Origin: a virus | Lineage: Duplodnaviria > Caudoviricetes | Reading direction: 5' to 3' (one strand) | Virus record (IMG/VR): IMGVR_UViG_2885131123_000003 | Coordinates: 31,504 to 95,503 of that record | Length of the DNA: 64,000 bases | Shown: positions 51,954 to 62,792 of the stretch, piece after piece | Position numbering within the stretch: position 1 is the stretch's first letter | Layout of the letters: the number at the start of each line of letters is the position of its first letter | The notes under the pieces: model-generated | The model's database searches: none | Told to the model about the DNA's origin: nothing | Seen by the model: only the letters and a program-made list of their open reading frames with translations | Made by a program: the position numbers and the translations under genes

Positions 51954-53518
<1,565 letters not shown>

Positions 53519-53576
53519 TCCCGTAGACGCACGAAACCCTCTCGACCATGATGACCGGGAGGGTGTTTTTGTTATT

Positions 53577-54029
53577 TTACAAAGGTTGCATCATCTCAAG
53601 AATGATTCCATCCGGGTCTCTGAAATAAAACGCTCTGCTTTCCCCAAATCCATCTGCCCTGAAATCGAAATACTGCGGTTCAGACAGGCACTCCACATGA
53701 TTTTCGATAAGAGTTTTGTAGACAGAATCAATGTCATCCGTGTAAAAGCATACTTCTGAGATAGATGTCGTAAACAAATCTGATTGTTCTTTATGGATTT
53801 TGCTGTCTACAAACTGAATCAATTCAACCGGTGGTGCTTCAAGAGCCTTCGAACCATTCAAATATGCAACCCTTGCTTTACAATTTTCCTTACGGAACAT
53901 TTTATCTGTCTCTTCGCCTTCCATAAAGATTTCCCCCTGAAATGCAAGCCCAAGAATATCTCTGTAGAAAGCAATCGAGCAATCCAAATCAGAAACGGTT
54001 AATCCAACGTGATAAATTCTTCCAACCAT
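53577..54029 (-). CDS. VOC/glyoxalase family protein
   Basis: HVGLTVSDL, YFRDPDGIILE. Confidence 0.85.
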   Translation of the reverse strand: MVGRIYHVGLTVSDLDCSIAFYRDILGLAFQGEIFMEGEETDKMFRKENCKARVAYLNGSKALEAPPVELIQFVDSKIHKEQSDLFTTSISEVCFYTDDIDSVYKTLIENHVECLSEPQYFDFRADGFGESRAFYFRDPDGIILEMMQPL

Positions 54030-54071
54030 ATTTAGCCTCCAATCATTTCTTTATTTCATCAAACTGGGATT

Positions 54072-54704
54072 TTACGCTTTCTTAATCGGATGTCTGATTA
54101 CAGTTTTCCATTTCTCTGGGGCAACCTTTCTTGCATCAGACATATAAATCTCGTGGTGCAATCTATCTTTGTTAATATCATTAACATACCCATTTTGTTC
54201 TAAATAAGCATCCATAAGAGCAACGGTTGCTGGCTCATTATCAAAAGAACCTATATGCATAATTTGAACACATAATCCCTCATCAATCGTAAGATACTCT
54301 GCTGACGAACAATCAATTTTCTTCTTTTTCGTTGCTGTTTCTACCGCCCAGTCAAAATCAGCTTTAGAAATGAAATCAGGCAAACGGATAACAGAAATCC
54401 AGTTGAAAGCAGATTTATTTGTATAATCTACACTCTCTACATCATCCTGCCACCAAAAACCTTCCAATGGCGGAACAACATATTCAAAAAACCCTGCAAT
54501 TTTATAATCGGTCTTGTAACTCATTTTTAATGTGTATGCAACAGCATATAGAATACTGATTGCGTGTTGATATGCCCCACCTTCTTCATTTGGATTGCCT
54601 TTTCCCCTAACTGCAATATAATTTGCCTTAGGTACATTTACAATCACTGGTTTATTCTTAGGCATATAAAATTCTTTAAATTCTTTCTTAAAATCAAAAG
54701 CCAT
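54072..54704 (-). CDS. GyrI-like small-molecule-binding protein
   Basis: PPLEGFWW, CVQIMHIG, HHEIY. Confidence 0.82.
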   Translation of the reverse strand: MAFDFKKEFKEFYMPKNKPVIVNVPKANYIAVRGKGNPNEEGGAYQHAISILYAVAYTLKMSYKTDYKIAGFFEYVVPPLEGFWWQDDVESVDYTNKSAFNWISVIRLPDFISKADFDWAVETATKKKKIDCSSAEYLTIDEGLCVQIMHIGSFDNEPATVALMDAYLEQNGYVNDINKDRLHHEIYMSDARKVAPEKWKTVIRHPIKKA

Positions 54705-54746
54705 AATAACCTCCAAAATCCTGATTTAAACGAGTCCAGCAAGGGG

Positions 54747-55163
54747 CTAATGCCCCTTATGCTTTTCTCTTTTCTTTTGCTGTTTCATTTCAAACAATCG
54801 CAGTTCTTCTGCTTCTTTTTTCTCTCTGCTTCTGATCTTGCGTTCCTGTTTGTTTTGTTCCTGTTGTAATTTCAATGCCTGCTGCGATTTTGTTCCAATA
54901 CCGGTTTCCTGCATTTGCCTTTTTGCTTCACGCTGCATCCTTTTTGGATTTCTTTTTATATCCTTTACAACAGTATCAACAGCTGGACTGAATTTCAAAC
55001 TAGCATAATATTTTTGAATATATTCCTGCACCTCATAATCTTTTGGTTCTGCACCAAAAGTCACCTTTGTTACAGATAACTTACCATCCTCGAAACGCTC
55101 AAATACGCCTACCCAGAATGGTTCTTCAAAATACACCGTCAGTTTTCCACTTACTTTGTCCAT
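54747..55163 (-). CDS. yjdF: YjdF (DUF2992) family protein
   Basis: LTVYFEEPFWVG, NPKRMQR, KHKGH. Confidence 0.88.
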   Translation of the reverse strand: MDKVSGKLTVYFEEPFWVGVFERFEDGKLSVTKVTFGAEPKDYEVQEYIQKYYASLKFSPAVDTVVKDIKRNPKRMQREAKRQMQETGIGTKSQQALKLQQEQNKQERKIRSREKKEAEELRLFEMKQQKKREKHKGH

Positions 55164-55190
55164 AAGAATCCCTCCTAAAATAATTGTTGA

Positions 55191-55302
55191 ACAAAGAATG
55201 GACAACCCGGAGGGGCAGGTTACTTACCCTATTACATAGGACGGCTGGGCTACCTACCAGCTCTAGTACATTGCTGAATGTACATTGCGTTTTTATCTTT
55301 GT
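55191..55302 (-). ncRNA. yjdF (azaaromatic) riboswitch
   Basis: AAAGAUAAAAAC..GGUAGGUAGCCC..AGUAACCUGCCCCUCCGGGUUGUCCAUUCUUUG directly upstream of yjdF; matches the recalled consensus. Confidence 0.82.
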
Positions 55303-55371
55303 ATTTATAATCAAGCCATATGGCACGATTAACTTAGTATGTCAAATACCGATTTACCGAATTTTTCCTTC

Positions 55372-55547
55372 ACATCTATTCCACTGCTTGCAACCACCCC
55401 AAATGGTCGAGTTGCCGGATTGGTTGTCAGCCCTTTCCGTTTTCCAAAAATCAGCCCAAAATGCCTGACATCTAATCCACTGCCTCAAATCGTGACATCT
55501 AATCCGAGGTCACAACCTGACACACATTTTGCAGTGGATATGTTTCC
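55372..55547. repeat. Cluster of ACATCTA(A/T)TCC repeats, candidate recombinase att half-sites
   Basis: Copies at 55372, 55468, 55495; inverted GCAGTGGATATGT at 55531. Confidence 0.5.
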
Positions 55548-55637
55548 ATATAAGAAAACCGAGCTTTTTCAAAAGTCTGGCTTCAAATCCAAACTTCCGA
55601 AAAAGCCCGGAAATACGCCGCTTTCTGGCACTTGATT

Positions 55638-57326
55638 TTATTTCCTTGACATCAATACTACCGTCTCGACAGTTGTTTCAGTTTCCAAGGGAAGTTCTTT
55701 CACTTCCTCACCATCAACAGGCACAGGAAAATTGAATACGATCTTCTTTATCCAGCTTCCGTCTTTCCTTTTCTCCGGGAACATCTCAATTCGCTCGATA
55801 AAGGCCTTCATAAACTCCTTCTGCTCCGCTTCCATTGCGGAATGGTAGACTTCATCAAATGCCAGCAACAAGCGATAGATATTGTCTCCGGAAATCTTCT
55901 CCTGCTGGATGCTGCGGATCTGACTTTGCAATTCGCCAATCTGAACTTCGATTTCCTCTATGGTGTCATACTGCTCATCATAGCGGCGCTGCAAGTCCAA
56001 AATCTTTCTGTCATAGTGGGCATCATTGATGTCCAAGGTATCCATCTGACGCTCCAAGCGGCTTTTCGTTCCAAAGGCTTGCTTTAGCCGCCCTTGTAGG
56101 ACAGCAATCTGCCGTTCCATATCTTCTGTATCAACTGCTGTTCCGATTTTCGCCTGAATCGCTTCTACAAACCGTGGATTGTTGACCATAGCGGAGATAA
56201 CCTTCGCCACAAATTTGTTGATTTCCGTCTGCTCGATATTCAGACGGAAACTGCACTCATGCCCGGTAGGTGTTACCGTATTTTTGCAGTAGTAATAATA
56301 CCGTGTTTTCTTGTCCTTGCTGTGCGCCTTGGCGATATTGCCGTACATACTCTTTCCGCAGCATGGGCATTTCAAGATACCGGACAGGATGTGTGCGTGG
56401 TCTGGATTGTTAACCTTTTCCCGCTTAAAAGAATTGATCTTGCGCTTTTCCTGTGCCAGATACCAATCCTCTTCGGAAATGATAGCTTCGTGTTGTCCTT
56501 CATAAACCGGGAACTCCGACTGCTCAACCACGTGCATCTCGTTTCTTGTACCCTGTTTCTTTTCTGTTCTTCGTCTGCCGTAAGCAATCTTTCCCATATA
56601 AACAGGATTGTACAATACATTTTTCACAAAATCTCTTGAAAATCCCGGAATGGTATTATTCTGTCTTAGTTTCTTAGTATAACCATTGCGGTTCAGATAT
56701 TTTGCAACTCCTGCAACACCCTCATTAGTGTGAATGTAGCGGTCATAAATGACACGAATTACTTCCACTTCATCCTCTGCAATGACAAGGTTTCCATTTT
56801 CCAGTTTGTATCCATATGGAGCGAAACCGCCGTTCCATTTGCCCTCACGAGCCTTTTGCTCACGTCCTGCCATTGTCTGTGTGCGGATATTTTCTCGCTC
56901 AATCTCTGCCACCGCAGACAGCACAGAGATCATCAGCTTTCCTGCATCCTTGGAGCTGTCAATGCCATCCTCCACGCAGATCAGATTGACACCGAAATCC
57001 TGCATGAGTTGCAAAGAATTCAGAACGTCCGCTGCATTTCTGCCAAATCGGGACAGCTTAAAGACCAACACATAAGAAACATCATCTTTGCCGTCCTGAA
57101 TGTCATTCAGCATCCGTTGAAACTCCTGCCGCCCTTGAATGTTCTTTCCGGAAAAGCCCTCGTCAGAATACTCCCCGGCAACGATCATATCCTCGTATGC
57201 CGCATACTTCCGCAGCTTGTCACGCTGGGCATCCAAGCTGTATCCGTCAACCTGCATCGAGGTGGACACTCTTGTATAAAGATAGCATTTAAGTTGTTTC
57301 TTTTTCAGAATCTCCACCTCCCTCAT
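55638..57326 (-). CDS. Large serine recombinase of IME2 (C-terminus supplied by the target site)
   Basis: YTRVST, KLSRFGRN, CPCCG; ends TVETVVLMSRK. Confidence 0.93.
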   Translation of the reverse strand: MREVEILKKKQLKCYLYTRVSTSMQVDGYSLDAQRDKLRKYAAYEDMIVAGEYSDEGFSGKNIQGRQEFQRMLNDIQDGKDDVSYVLVFKLSRFGRNAADVLNSLQLMQDFGVNLICVEDGIDSSKDAGKLMISVLSAVAEIERENIRTQTMAGREQKAREGKWNGGFAPYGYKLENGNLVIAEDEVEVIRVIYDRYIHTNEGVAGVAKYLNRNGYTKKLRQNNTIPGFSRDFVKNVLYNPVYMGKIAYGRRRTEKKQGTRNEMHVVEQSEFPVYEGQHEAIISEEDWYLAQEKRKINSFKREKVNNPDHAHILSGILKCPCCGKSMYGNIAKAHSKDKKTRYYYYCKNTVTPTGHECSFRLNIEQTEINKFVAKVISAMVNNPRFVEAIQAKIGTAVDTEDMERQIAVLQGRLKQAFGTKSRLERQMDTLDINDAHYDRKILDLQRRYDEQYDTIEEIEVQIGELQSQIRSIQQEKISGDNIYRLLLAFDEVYHSAMEAEQKEFMKAFIERIEMFPEKRKDGSWIKKIVFNFPVPVDGEEVKELPLETETTVETVVLMSRK

Positions 57327-57519
57327 TCCTTCCTTTTACCATAAGTCCCTCGTTGCGGATATAATACTCCAAAAGCCACAGCACATAATCCGGTGCATGG
57401 CGGTTGTCCAATTCCCATTCAGTCATAGTCCGGTAAGGAATATGGACGAGCTTGCAAAAATCTTTCCGATTCAGTCCTGTGCTTTCACGCAACTTTATAA
57501 TTCTGTTTTTACAATCCAT
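57289..57519 (-). CDS. Small XRE-like HTH protein
   Basis: LRESTGLNRKDFC..IPYRTMTEWE. Confidence 0.8.
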   Translation of the reverse strand: MDCKNRIIKLRESTGLNRKDFCKLVHIPYRTMTEWELDNRHAPDYVLWLLEYYIRNEGLMVKGRNEGGGDSEKETT

Positions 57520-57547
57520 CCGTCTTTTCTCCACAAAAGCAAAAAAA

Positions 57548-57598
57548 TACACGTTGCGTAATCATTATAGCATAGCCATAGCGAATACGCAACGTGTA
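57548..57598 (-). promoter_or_regulatory. Sigma-A promoter overlapped by a 13-bp inverted repeat
   Basis: Minus strand TTGCGT-N17-TATAAT; TACACGTTGCGTA...TACGCAACGTGTA. Confidence 0.7.
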
Positions 57599-57609
57599 AA
57601 TTGCAAATT

Positions 57610-57795
57610 TTATGCAGCCTTATCCGTCAGAAGCTGCGCTTGATTACTTTCCTCGGAATGCTCCACTCCCTGCGGTGCGTCCTGTTCCAATTTATCCAAA
57701 ACCTGATGTCCATATTTCTGGAGCATCTGGCTCATAACATCCACACAGCGGTCAAATGCCGCATTATATTTCGCTTCCTCATAATATTTCTTCAA
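57610..57795 (-). CDS. Small hypothetical protein
   Basis: GGAGG RBS, TTG start. Confidence 0.6.
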   Translation of the reverse strand: MKKYYEEAKYNAAFDRCVDVMSQMLQKYGHQVLDKLEQDAPQGVEHSEESNQAQLLTDKAA

Positions 57796-57810
57796 TAGGC
57801 GATTCCTCCA

Positions 57811-59100
57811 TCAAAGTTCCATATCCTGTCCACGCTTCCGGGCAGGGTGTTCGTGTTCCTGTGTTTGCTTTCCTCTGATGAGGATAGAATTGATAAAAGC
57901 CCGAACCTTTTCGGATGCGATTTCCAGTGCATCCAGAAAGGGTTGGGCTTTCTGTTTGAGTTCCATATATTTTTCGTTTACCGCTTCATACCGCTGCTTC
58001 CAGATGGAAACCGTCTTTTCTGCGGAAGCCAGTTTTTCTTTCAGACGCTTGTTGTCAGCATTGGCGATAATGCCATTGACCGCATAGCGTTTGAGTGTGT
58101 CGCATTCATCCGGTGTCAGCGTGATATTGTTTCCGAATGTGGCTTTTTTGCCCATTACTTCAATGTCCTGCACTGTCAGCGCAATGGTCTTTGCCGCCTT
58201 GGTTTCCTTTTGCAAAGATTCCAGTTTCTTTTTCTGTTTTGCTGTGGCAGCTTTGGCATCCTCCAAATTCTGTTCTGCCTGTGCCACCTGCCCGGTCACA
58301 GCTTCCAGCCGCTGCTGTTCTGCCTGCACCTTGAACTGGGTCACAGTCAGATGTTCCTCGGTGCTTCCACATTCTCCACGCTCCACATCGGTATAACCGG
58401 CGTTTCGCATGAAATTGAAAAAGTCATCCTGCAACACACTGTAGGATGACTTCAAAATCTTTTTCCCTTTTGCGTTGAGCATGGGATTTCCGTCCTCGCC
58501 AAGCACCGGCTTGGACTCCCATTTCTTACTGCGGCTGACCTGTGTGATGACCTCCTTAACGGTTCCCCGGAGGGCTTCATCCTTGCATCGCTTCGACCAA
58601 AGGATCTGCTTTTCCACCACCGGGATATAAACCACATGAAGGTGGTAGTGGTACACATCTTCGCCCAAAGCTTCGGACATTGCTCGGTTGCGCTCATCGG
58701 CGTGCATCACAGCGGAGAGGATATACTGCTCACCACCTACGATCTCCGCAGCAGCTTTGTAGGCATCGGCATAAAACTGTTTCGCAAATTCATAGCCGCC
58801 ATGATTGTAGAAATAAGCGGAATTCACATCAAATACCAACTCACCGTATTTGACGGCATCCGGTTTCAGACCTCTGGTGGAGATCACGCCGTCTTGTTCC
58901 ATCTGCTCAAACATTTTTACATAATCGTCCGTGGGTGCTTTGAAATGGACGTTCAGAGAAGTGCGTTCCGGCACGATGTCCTGATTGCTGTAGCTGTCCT
59001 TTTCACGCTCATTGTGTTCCTGTACCTTCGCCACATCAGCCGGTGTTTCCAAGTCCTGATTTCTGGCTACGGTACGGTCTATTCCATCATTTCTTGCCAT
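57811..59100 (-). CDS. MobV/Pre plasmid recombination (relaxase) protein
   Basis: HNER, AVMHADE..HLHVVYIP, coiled-coil tail. Confidence 0.88.
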   Translation of the reverse strand: MARNDGIDRTVARNQDLETPADVAKVQEHNEREKDSYSNQDIVPERTSLNVHFKAPTDDYVKMFEQMEQDGVISTRGLKPDAVKYGELVFDVNSAYFYNHGGYEFAKQFYADAYKAAAEIVGGEQYILSAVMHADERNRAMSEALGEDVYHYHLHVVYIPVVEKQILWSKRCKDEALRGTVKEVITQVSRSKKWESKPVLGEDGNPMLNAKGKKILKSSYSVLQDDFFNFMRNAGYTDVERGECGSTEEHLTVTQFKVQAEQQRLEAVTGQVAQAEQNLEDAKAATAKQKKKLESLQKETKAAKTIALTVQDIEVMGKKATFGNNITLTPDECDTLKRYAVNGIIANADNKRLKEKLASAEKTVSIWKQRYEAVNEKYMELKQKAQPFLDALEIASEKVRAFINSILIRGKQTQEHEHPARKRGQDMEL

Positions 59101-59149
59101 TGGATTTTTCCTTTCTTTGAGATTTGCAACAGCGGAAGGCTGGAGAACG

Positions 59150-59189
59150 GCACTTTTTCAAAGTGTAATAACCCACTATGACACTTTCA
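59150..59189 (-). promoter_or_regulatory. RS_A-type oriT
   Basis: Minus strand AAAGTGTcaTAGTGGGTTATtACACTTT resembles the pMV158-family TAGTGTGTTAT hairpin; upstream of mob. Confidence 0.7.
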
Positions 59190-59477
59190 TCCATACTGGC
59201 TGCAAAGTGCCGTGGGCTCTCCGAGGGCTCTCCCGAGGGGGAATGCGGTCACTGCGGTGACCTCTGCTGACCAAGGCGAAAATGTCTGCGCCTTTTCCCA
59301 TGGTCAGCCCGTCTGCATGAAGCTGTTCTGTGTCAACTTCCTCTTGCAGCCGGTGTCCACAGACACTTTTTCAAAAGCCTGTGGACATAGAAGCAGCCCG
59401 AACGAGAGGATGTGTGCTGTTTCTATAACAAGCGTTTCACGCTCTTTTGCTGCGTACATACGTACCAGCAATGGGAT

Positions 59478-60869
59478 TTACTCGACCTGCCGCCATTCCT
59501 CCGGAATGTCCTCCGGTACGTACGTACACGGCGAATCTCCGTAAAACCCATTTATATGAGGTCGTGCAATGGCTTCCACTCCCATGAATCCCCAAACCCG
59601 CCGTCCGGCAGAGTTGGTGATGTTGTTGCAATGCTCCAGATTGAATTTTCTGGCATTGGCAATCATGGCGTCGCTGAAGCTGCGGGCTTTCAGCGGTGCA
59701 AGGGAGTTTTCCTCGCACCACATCCGGTAGATTTCATAGAAATCCTTGGAGCTGATGGACGCATCCGCTTTGCGCTGGATATATCCCTCTGATTCCATGA
59801 AATCAAAGATATTGTTGTTGTCACGCTTGACCGCTTCCCGATTTTCACGGATGCGGTCACTCTCCGTAAACTTAAAGTTGTTGGCAACAAGCCGCTGCAA
59901 GCCTTCAAATGCCCACAGGAAGATACCCTCGGCTTCAGCTTTCATCTTCTCTGCAAGATCAGGATCGTCAGCTCTGTCCACCTGCTTTTCCTTGGTGGTC
60001 AGCACAAGCTGTCTGCGATAAAATCCGTCGCTGCGGTCATACAAGGCTTGCAGATCACCGTTGCTGAATGCCAGCAATCGGGCGAACATCCAGCCCTGAT
60101 AACTCTGCTTGCCTTTACGTTCCAAATCCATCTTGCCTTGTGCTGTCACGATGGATTTTACATAGTTGGTCTGGCGCAGAGCTTCCATCCGCATATCATC
60201 ATCCACGCACAGGAGAATGTGTTCCAAATCGGCACGGGCGAAGCGGTTTTCAGAAATCTTGCCGATGCTGCCGTCTTTCATATTCGTGCCGAAGATGGTA
60301 GACAGTACCGCACCGATTTGAGATTTACCCTCGCCGCCGTTGCCTTTAATCACCATCATGCGCTGCCCCTTGTTGGAGGGAATCAGGCAATAGCCGATAA
60401 ACTCCTGCAAAGTTGGAATGTCCTCGGCGTAAAGCAACCCATCCAGAAAGTTCAGCCAGATCACCGGCGCAGTAGCATCGGGATTGTAAGCAACCGGCAA
60501 ACGGCTCCGCACGATAGCCGGTCTGCCCTCGGTAAATGTGCCGTTCAATAGCAGCGTACCGTTGGACAAATGAATCCGATCCTGCTCCGGTGGAAAGTCC
60601 GGCACTTGCGCTTCCAGTTTCAGCACTTCCAGAATGTTGGTGATCTTCCGGGGGATATTGTTTACGGCACAGAATTTCAGCTTGTCGTAAATCTCCCCAC
60701 GCAGAGGAAGATCGTCCGTCACTCGACCATCGGGCGTGAAAAAAGCTCCGTTTGCGAAGATGATCCTGCGCTCTTGCAGAAATTCTTCACAAAACAGAGC
60801 TTCGTTGATGTTCTGCCCGTCAAACCACATGGGCAAGTTCATATCAGGCGTTTTCCGGTTCTTCGCCAT
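59478..60869 (-). CDS. P4-family/D5-like primase-associated SF3 helicase
   Basis: GNGGEGKS Walker A, YRRQLV. Confidence 0.85.
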   Translation of the reverse strand: MAKNRKTPDMNLPMWFDGQNINEALFCEEFLQERRIIFANGAFFTPDGRVTDDLPLRGEIYDKLKFCAVNNIPRKITNILEVLKLEAQVPDFPPEQDRIHLSNGTLLLNGTFTEGRPAIVRSRLPVAYNPDATAPVIWLNFLDGLLYAEDIPTLQEFIGYCLIPSNKGQRMMVIKGNGGEGKSQIGAVLSTIFGTNMKDGSIGKISENRFARADLEHILLCVDDDMRMEALRQTNYVKSIVTAQGKMDLERKGKQSYQGWMFARLLAFSNGDLQALYDRSDGFYRRQLVLTTKEKQVDRADDPDLAEKMKAEAEGIFLWAFEGLQRLVANNFKFTESDRIRENREAVKRDNNNIFDFMESEGYIQRKADASISSKDFYEIYRMWCEENSLAPLKARSFSDAMIANARKFNLEHCNNITNSAGRRVWGFMGVEAIARPHINGFYGDSPCTYVPEDIPEEWRQVE

Positions 60870-61464
60870 GGTGCGCCACCTCCTTTTTCTTTTGTGCGGT
60901 ATACTCTTGCAGAAAAGCAATTTTGCCGTCCTGCATCAGCTTGTCCACCAATGCCACCCGTTCTTCCAGATCACCCACCGTCAGCACATCTGCCATATAT
61001 TCGATATGGCAGTGCATCTGGCAGGCTTCCACAAAACGGTCATCCAGAGCATCTTCCGGTGTCTTGGGAGCATAGCGCACTTTCCAATCTTCCAACAGAT
61101 GCAAATAATCCGTCAGCACCCGGAAGCACAGCATTTCATCCTCCCGGAACTGACGGATATAGGGACGCTTCGGCTTGACCATAGCTGCGGCAGTGGGCGG
61201 TTTCGGGTCAAGCCCGAAGTCCAAAGCCAGCTTTTGCGCTGCTTCATAACTGCTCAGATTGAACAGCCTTGCCACAAGGTCGATCACATCCCCTTTGGCT
61301 CCGCAGCCGAAGCAGAAAAAATAGTCCTCATTCAGCTTCAAGCTCGGATGCCTGTCGTTGTGGAATGGGCAGCAAGCCATACCGTTGCGGTTGACATTCA
61401 GCCCGTAGTGTTCGGCGGCTTGCTTTATGCTGATTGCCGCCTTGATGGTTTCATAGATTGTCAT
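60844..61464 (-). CDS. CHC2 zinc finger protein
   Basis: CCPFHNDRHPS..FCFGCG. Confidence 0.88.
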   Translation of the reverse strand: MTIYETIKAAISIKQAAEHYGLNVNRNGMACCPFHNDRHPSLKLNEDYFFCFGCGAKGDVIDLVARLFNLSSYEAAQKLALDFGLDPKPPTAAAMVKPKRPYIRQFREDEMLCFRVLTDYLHLLEDWKVRYAPKTPEDALDDRFVEACQMHCHIEYMADVLTVGDLEERVALVDKLMQDGKIAFLQEYTAQKKKEVAHHGEEPENA

Positions 61465-61685
61465 AGAAAAACCTCCATTCATATTATTCTGGAAAGCACG
61501 AAGCACCCGCCGTGATTGGCAGGTGCTTCGCTCCTTCTATTATGGTTATGACGGATTTTTCAAAAAACAGGCTAATGACAGGACAATCCTGTTTCAAAAA
61601 ACAGGACAACTTATCTGAGGACATAGATTTCTTCACATATACATGATATAATTAGAAAAATAAAAAACAGGACAGGAGGGTAAGC

Positions 61686-62792
61686 ATGAGTCAAGAATTG
61701 ATGACATTGGATTTCTGGCAGGATACGGTCATATATGAGGGGAAAACACTTCCTGTCGGCACTCTTGCCTGTGATGCGCTGAATGTTTCGGCGGATACTC
61801 TTGCCAAAATGAATGAACAATGCCAGAAAATTAATCTACTGCTTGGAATGCTGAACGCCGGACAGGACGCTTCTGCACTCTGTCCTATGGCAAAGGAAGC
61901 TACTCTGGCGATGCTGGATACTCTCAGCGAAACCCCGCCGTTCTCTTATATGGACATGCCAAAGCACAGAGAACGGATAGAAAGGGTTTTTACTGTCGAA
62001 AATGCCTTGAAATATGTGGAGTTTGCCACAAAAGCCGCAACCAATTCTTTGCAATTTGAAGAAATCCAGAACTATGCCGAAGCAATTATGCTGCAACGCT
62101 ATACCGCTGTATGCGGGCATCTGGCTTACTCCCTTGGGGAATACCAAACGGCCATGCTTGATTTTGCAGAAAAATCAGACGGCAACGAAGCTGACCGCAC
62201 CGCAGAGGGCTTTGCCAGAATGTTCGGCAATTATTTCCCGCCGGAGTTTTCCATCACGGTGGGCAATGCCTGGATGTCCACCCTGAACAACTCTGTTCAG
62301 TATGTATCCGTCATCCGTCCAGGCGAAAAAGTTGCGAAGCTGGTCAAGCGGATGCACTATGTATCCTTTGTGGGGATGTTCCGGTCTGATCTCTTTGAGG
62401 GCTTGTGTGTTGGCCATGCACCGAAAAAATGCAAAATCTGCAGCAAGTGGTTTCTGACCACCAATGCAAGGCACACCAAATACTGTGGTGGGTTTGCACC
62501 GGGTGACAAGCTGCGCCGCACCTGTCGGCAGATCGGCAATCTGAAAGGGCGAGAACAACGGGAGCTTGCGGACGATCATCCGGTGAAACAGATTTATGAG
62601 AAACGGCTGAACACCATAAACCGCTATGTGAAGCGTGGTACTCTGGACGCTGATCTTGCAGAGGTTATGAAAAAGCTGGCAAAAGACAAGATGCTCCGGG
62701 CGCTCAGCAATGTCACCTACGCCAAGGGCGATTATGAAAAGGAAATGGATCAGGCTGCTTTGAAGAAAGAAGCAAAGATGAAGAGTAGGTGA
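61686..62792 (+). CDS. DUF6076-like protein with Cys cluster (putative regulator)
   Basis: KKCKICSKWF..KYC..TC; divergent from the replication genes. Confidence 0.65.
   Translation: MSQELMTLDFWQDTVIYEGKTLPVGTLACDALNVSADTLAKMNEQCQKINLLLGMLNAGQDASALCPMAKEATLAMLDTLSETPPFSYMDMPKHRERIERVFTVENALKYVEFATKAATNSLQFEEIQNYAEAIMLQRYTAVCGHLAYSLGEYQTAMLDFAEKSDGNEADRTAEGFARMFGNYFPPEFSITVGNAWMSTLNNSVQYVSVIRPGEKVAKLVKRMHYVSFVGMFRSDLFEGLCVGHAPKKCKICSKWFLTTNARHTKYCGGFAPGDKLRRTCRQIGNLKGREQRELADDHPVKQIYEKRLNTINRYVKRGTLDADLAEVMKKLAKDKMLRALSNVTYAKGDYEKEMDQAALKKEAKMKSR

Noticed and set aside
53577-54704. Calling VOC and GyrI-like genes antibiotic resistance genes
   Set aside because: Fold-level motifs only; no specific resistance family recognisable
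55339-55635. 98-aa plus-strand ORF containing VDMFP as a functional rlmD
   Set aside because: Only a five-residue match in repeat-rich DNA; no methyltransferase domain
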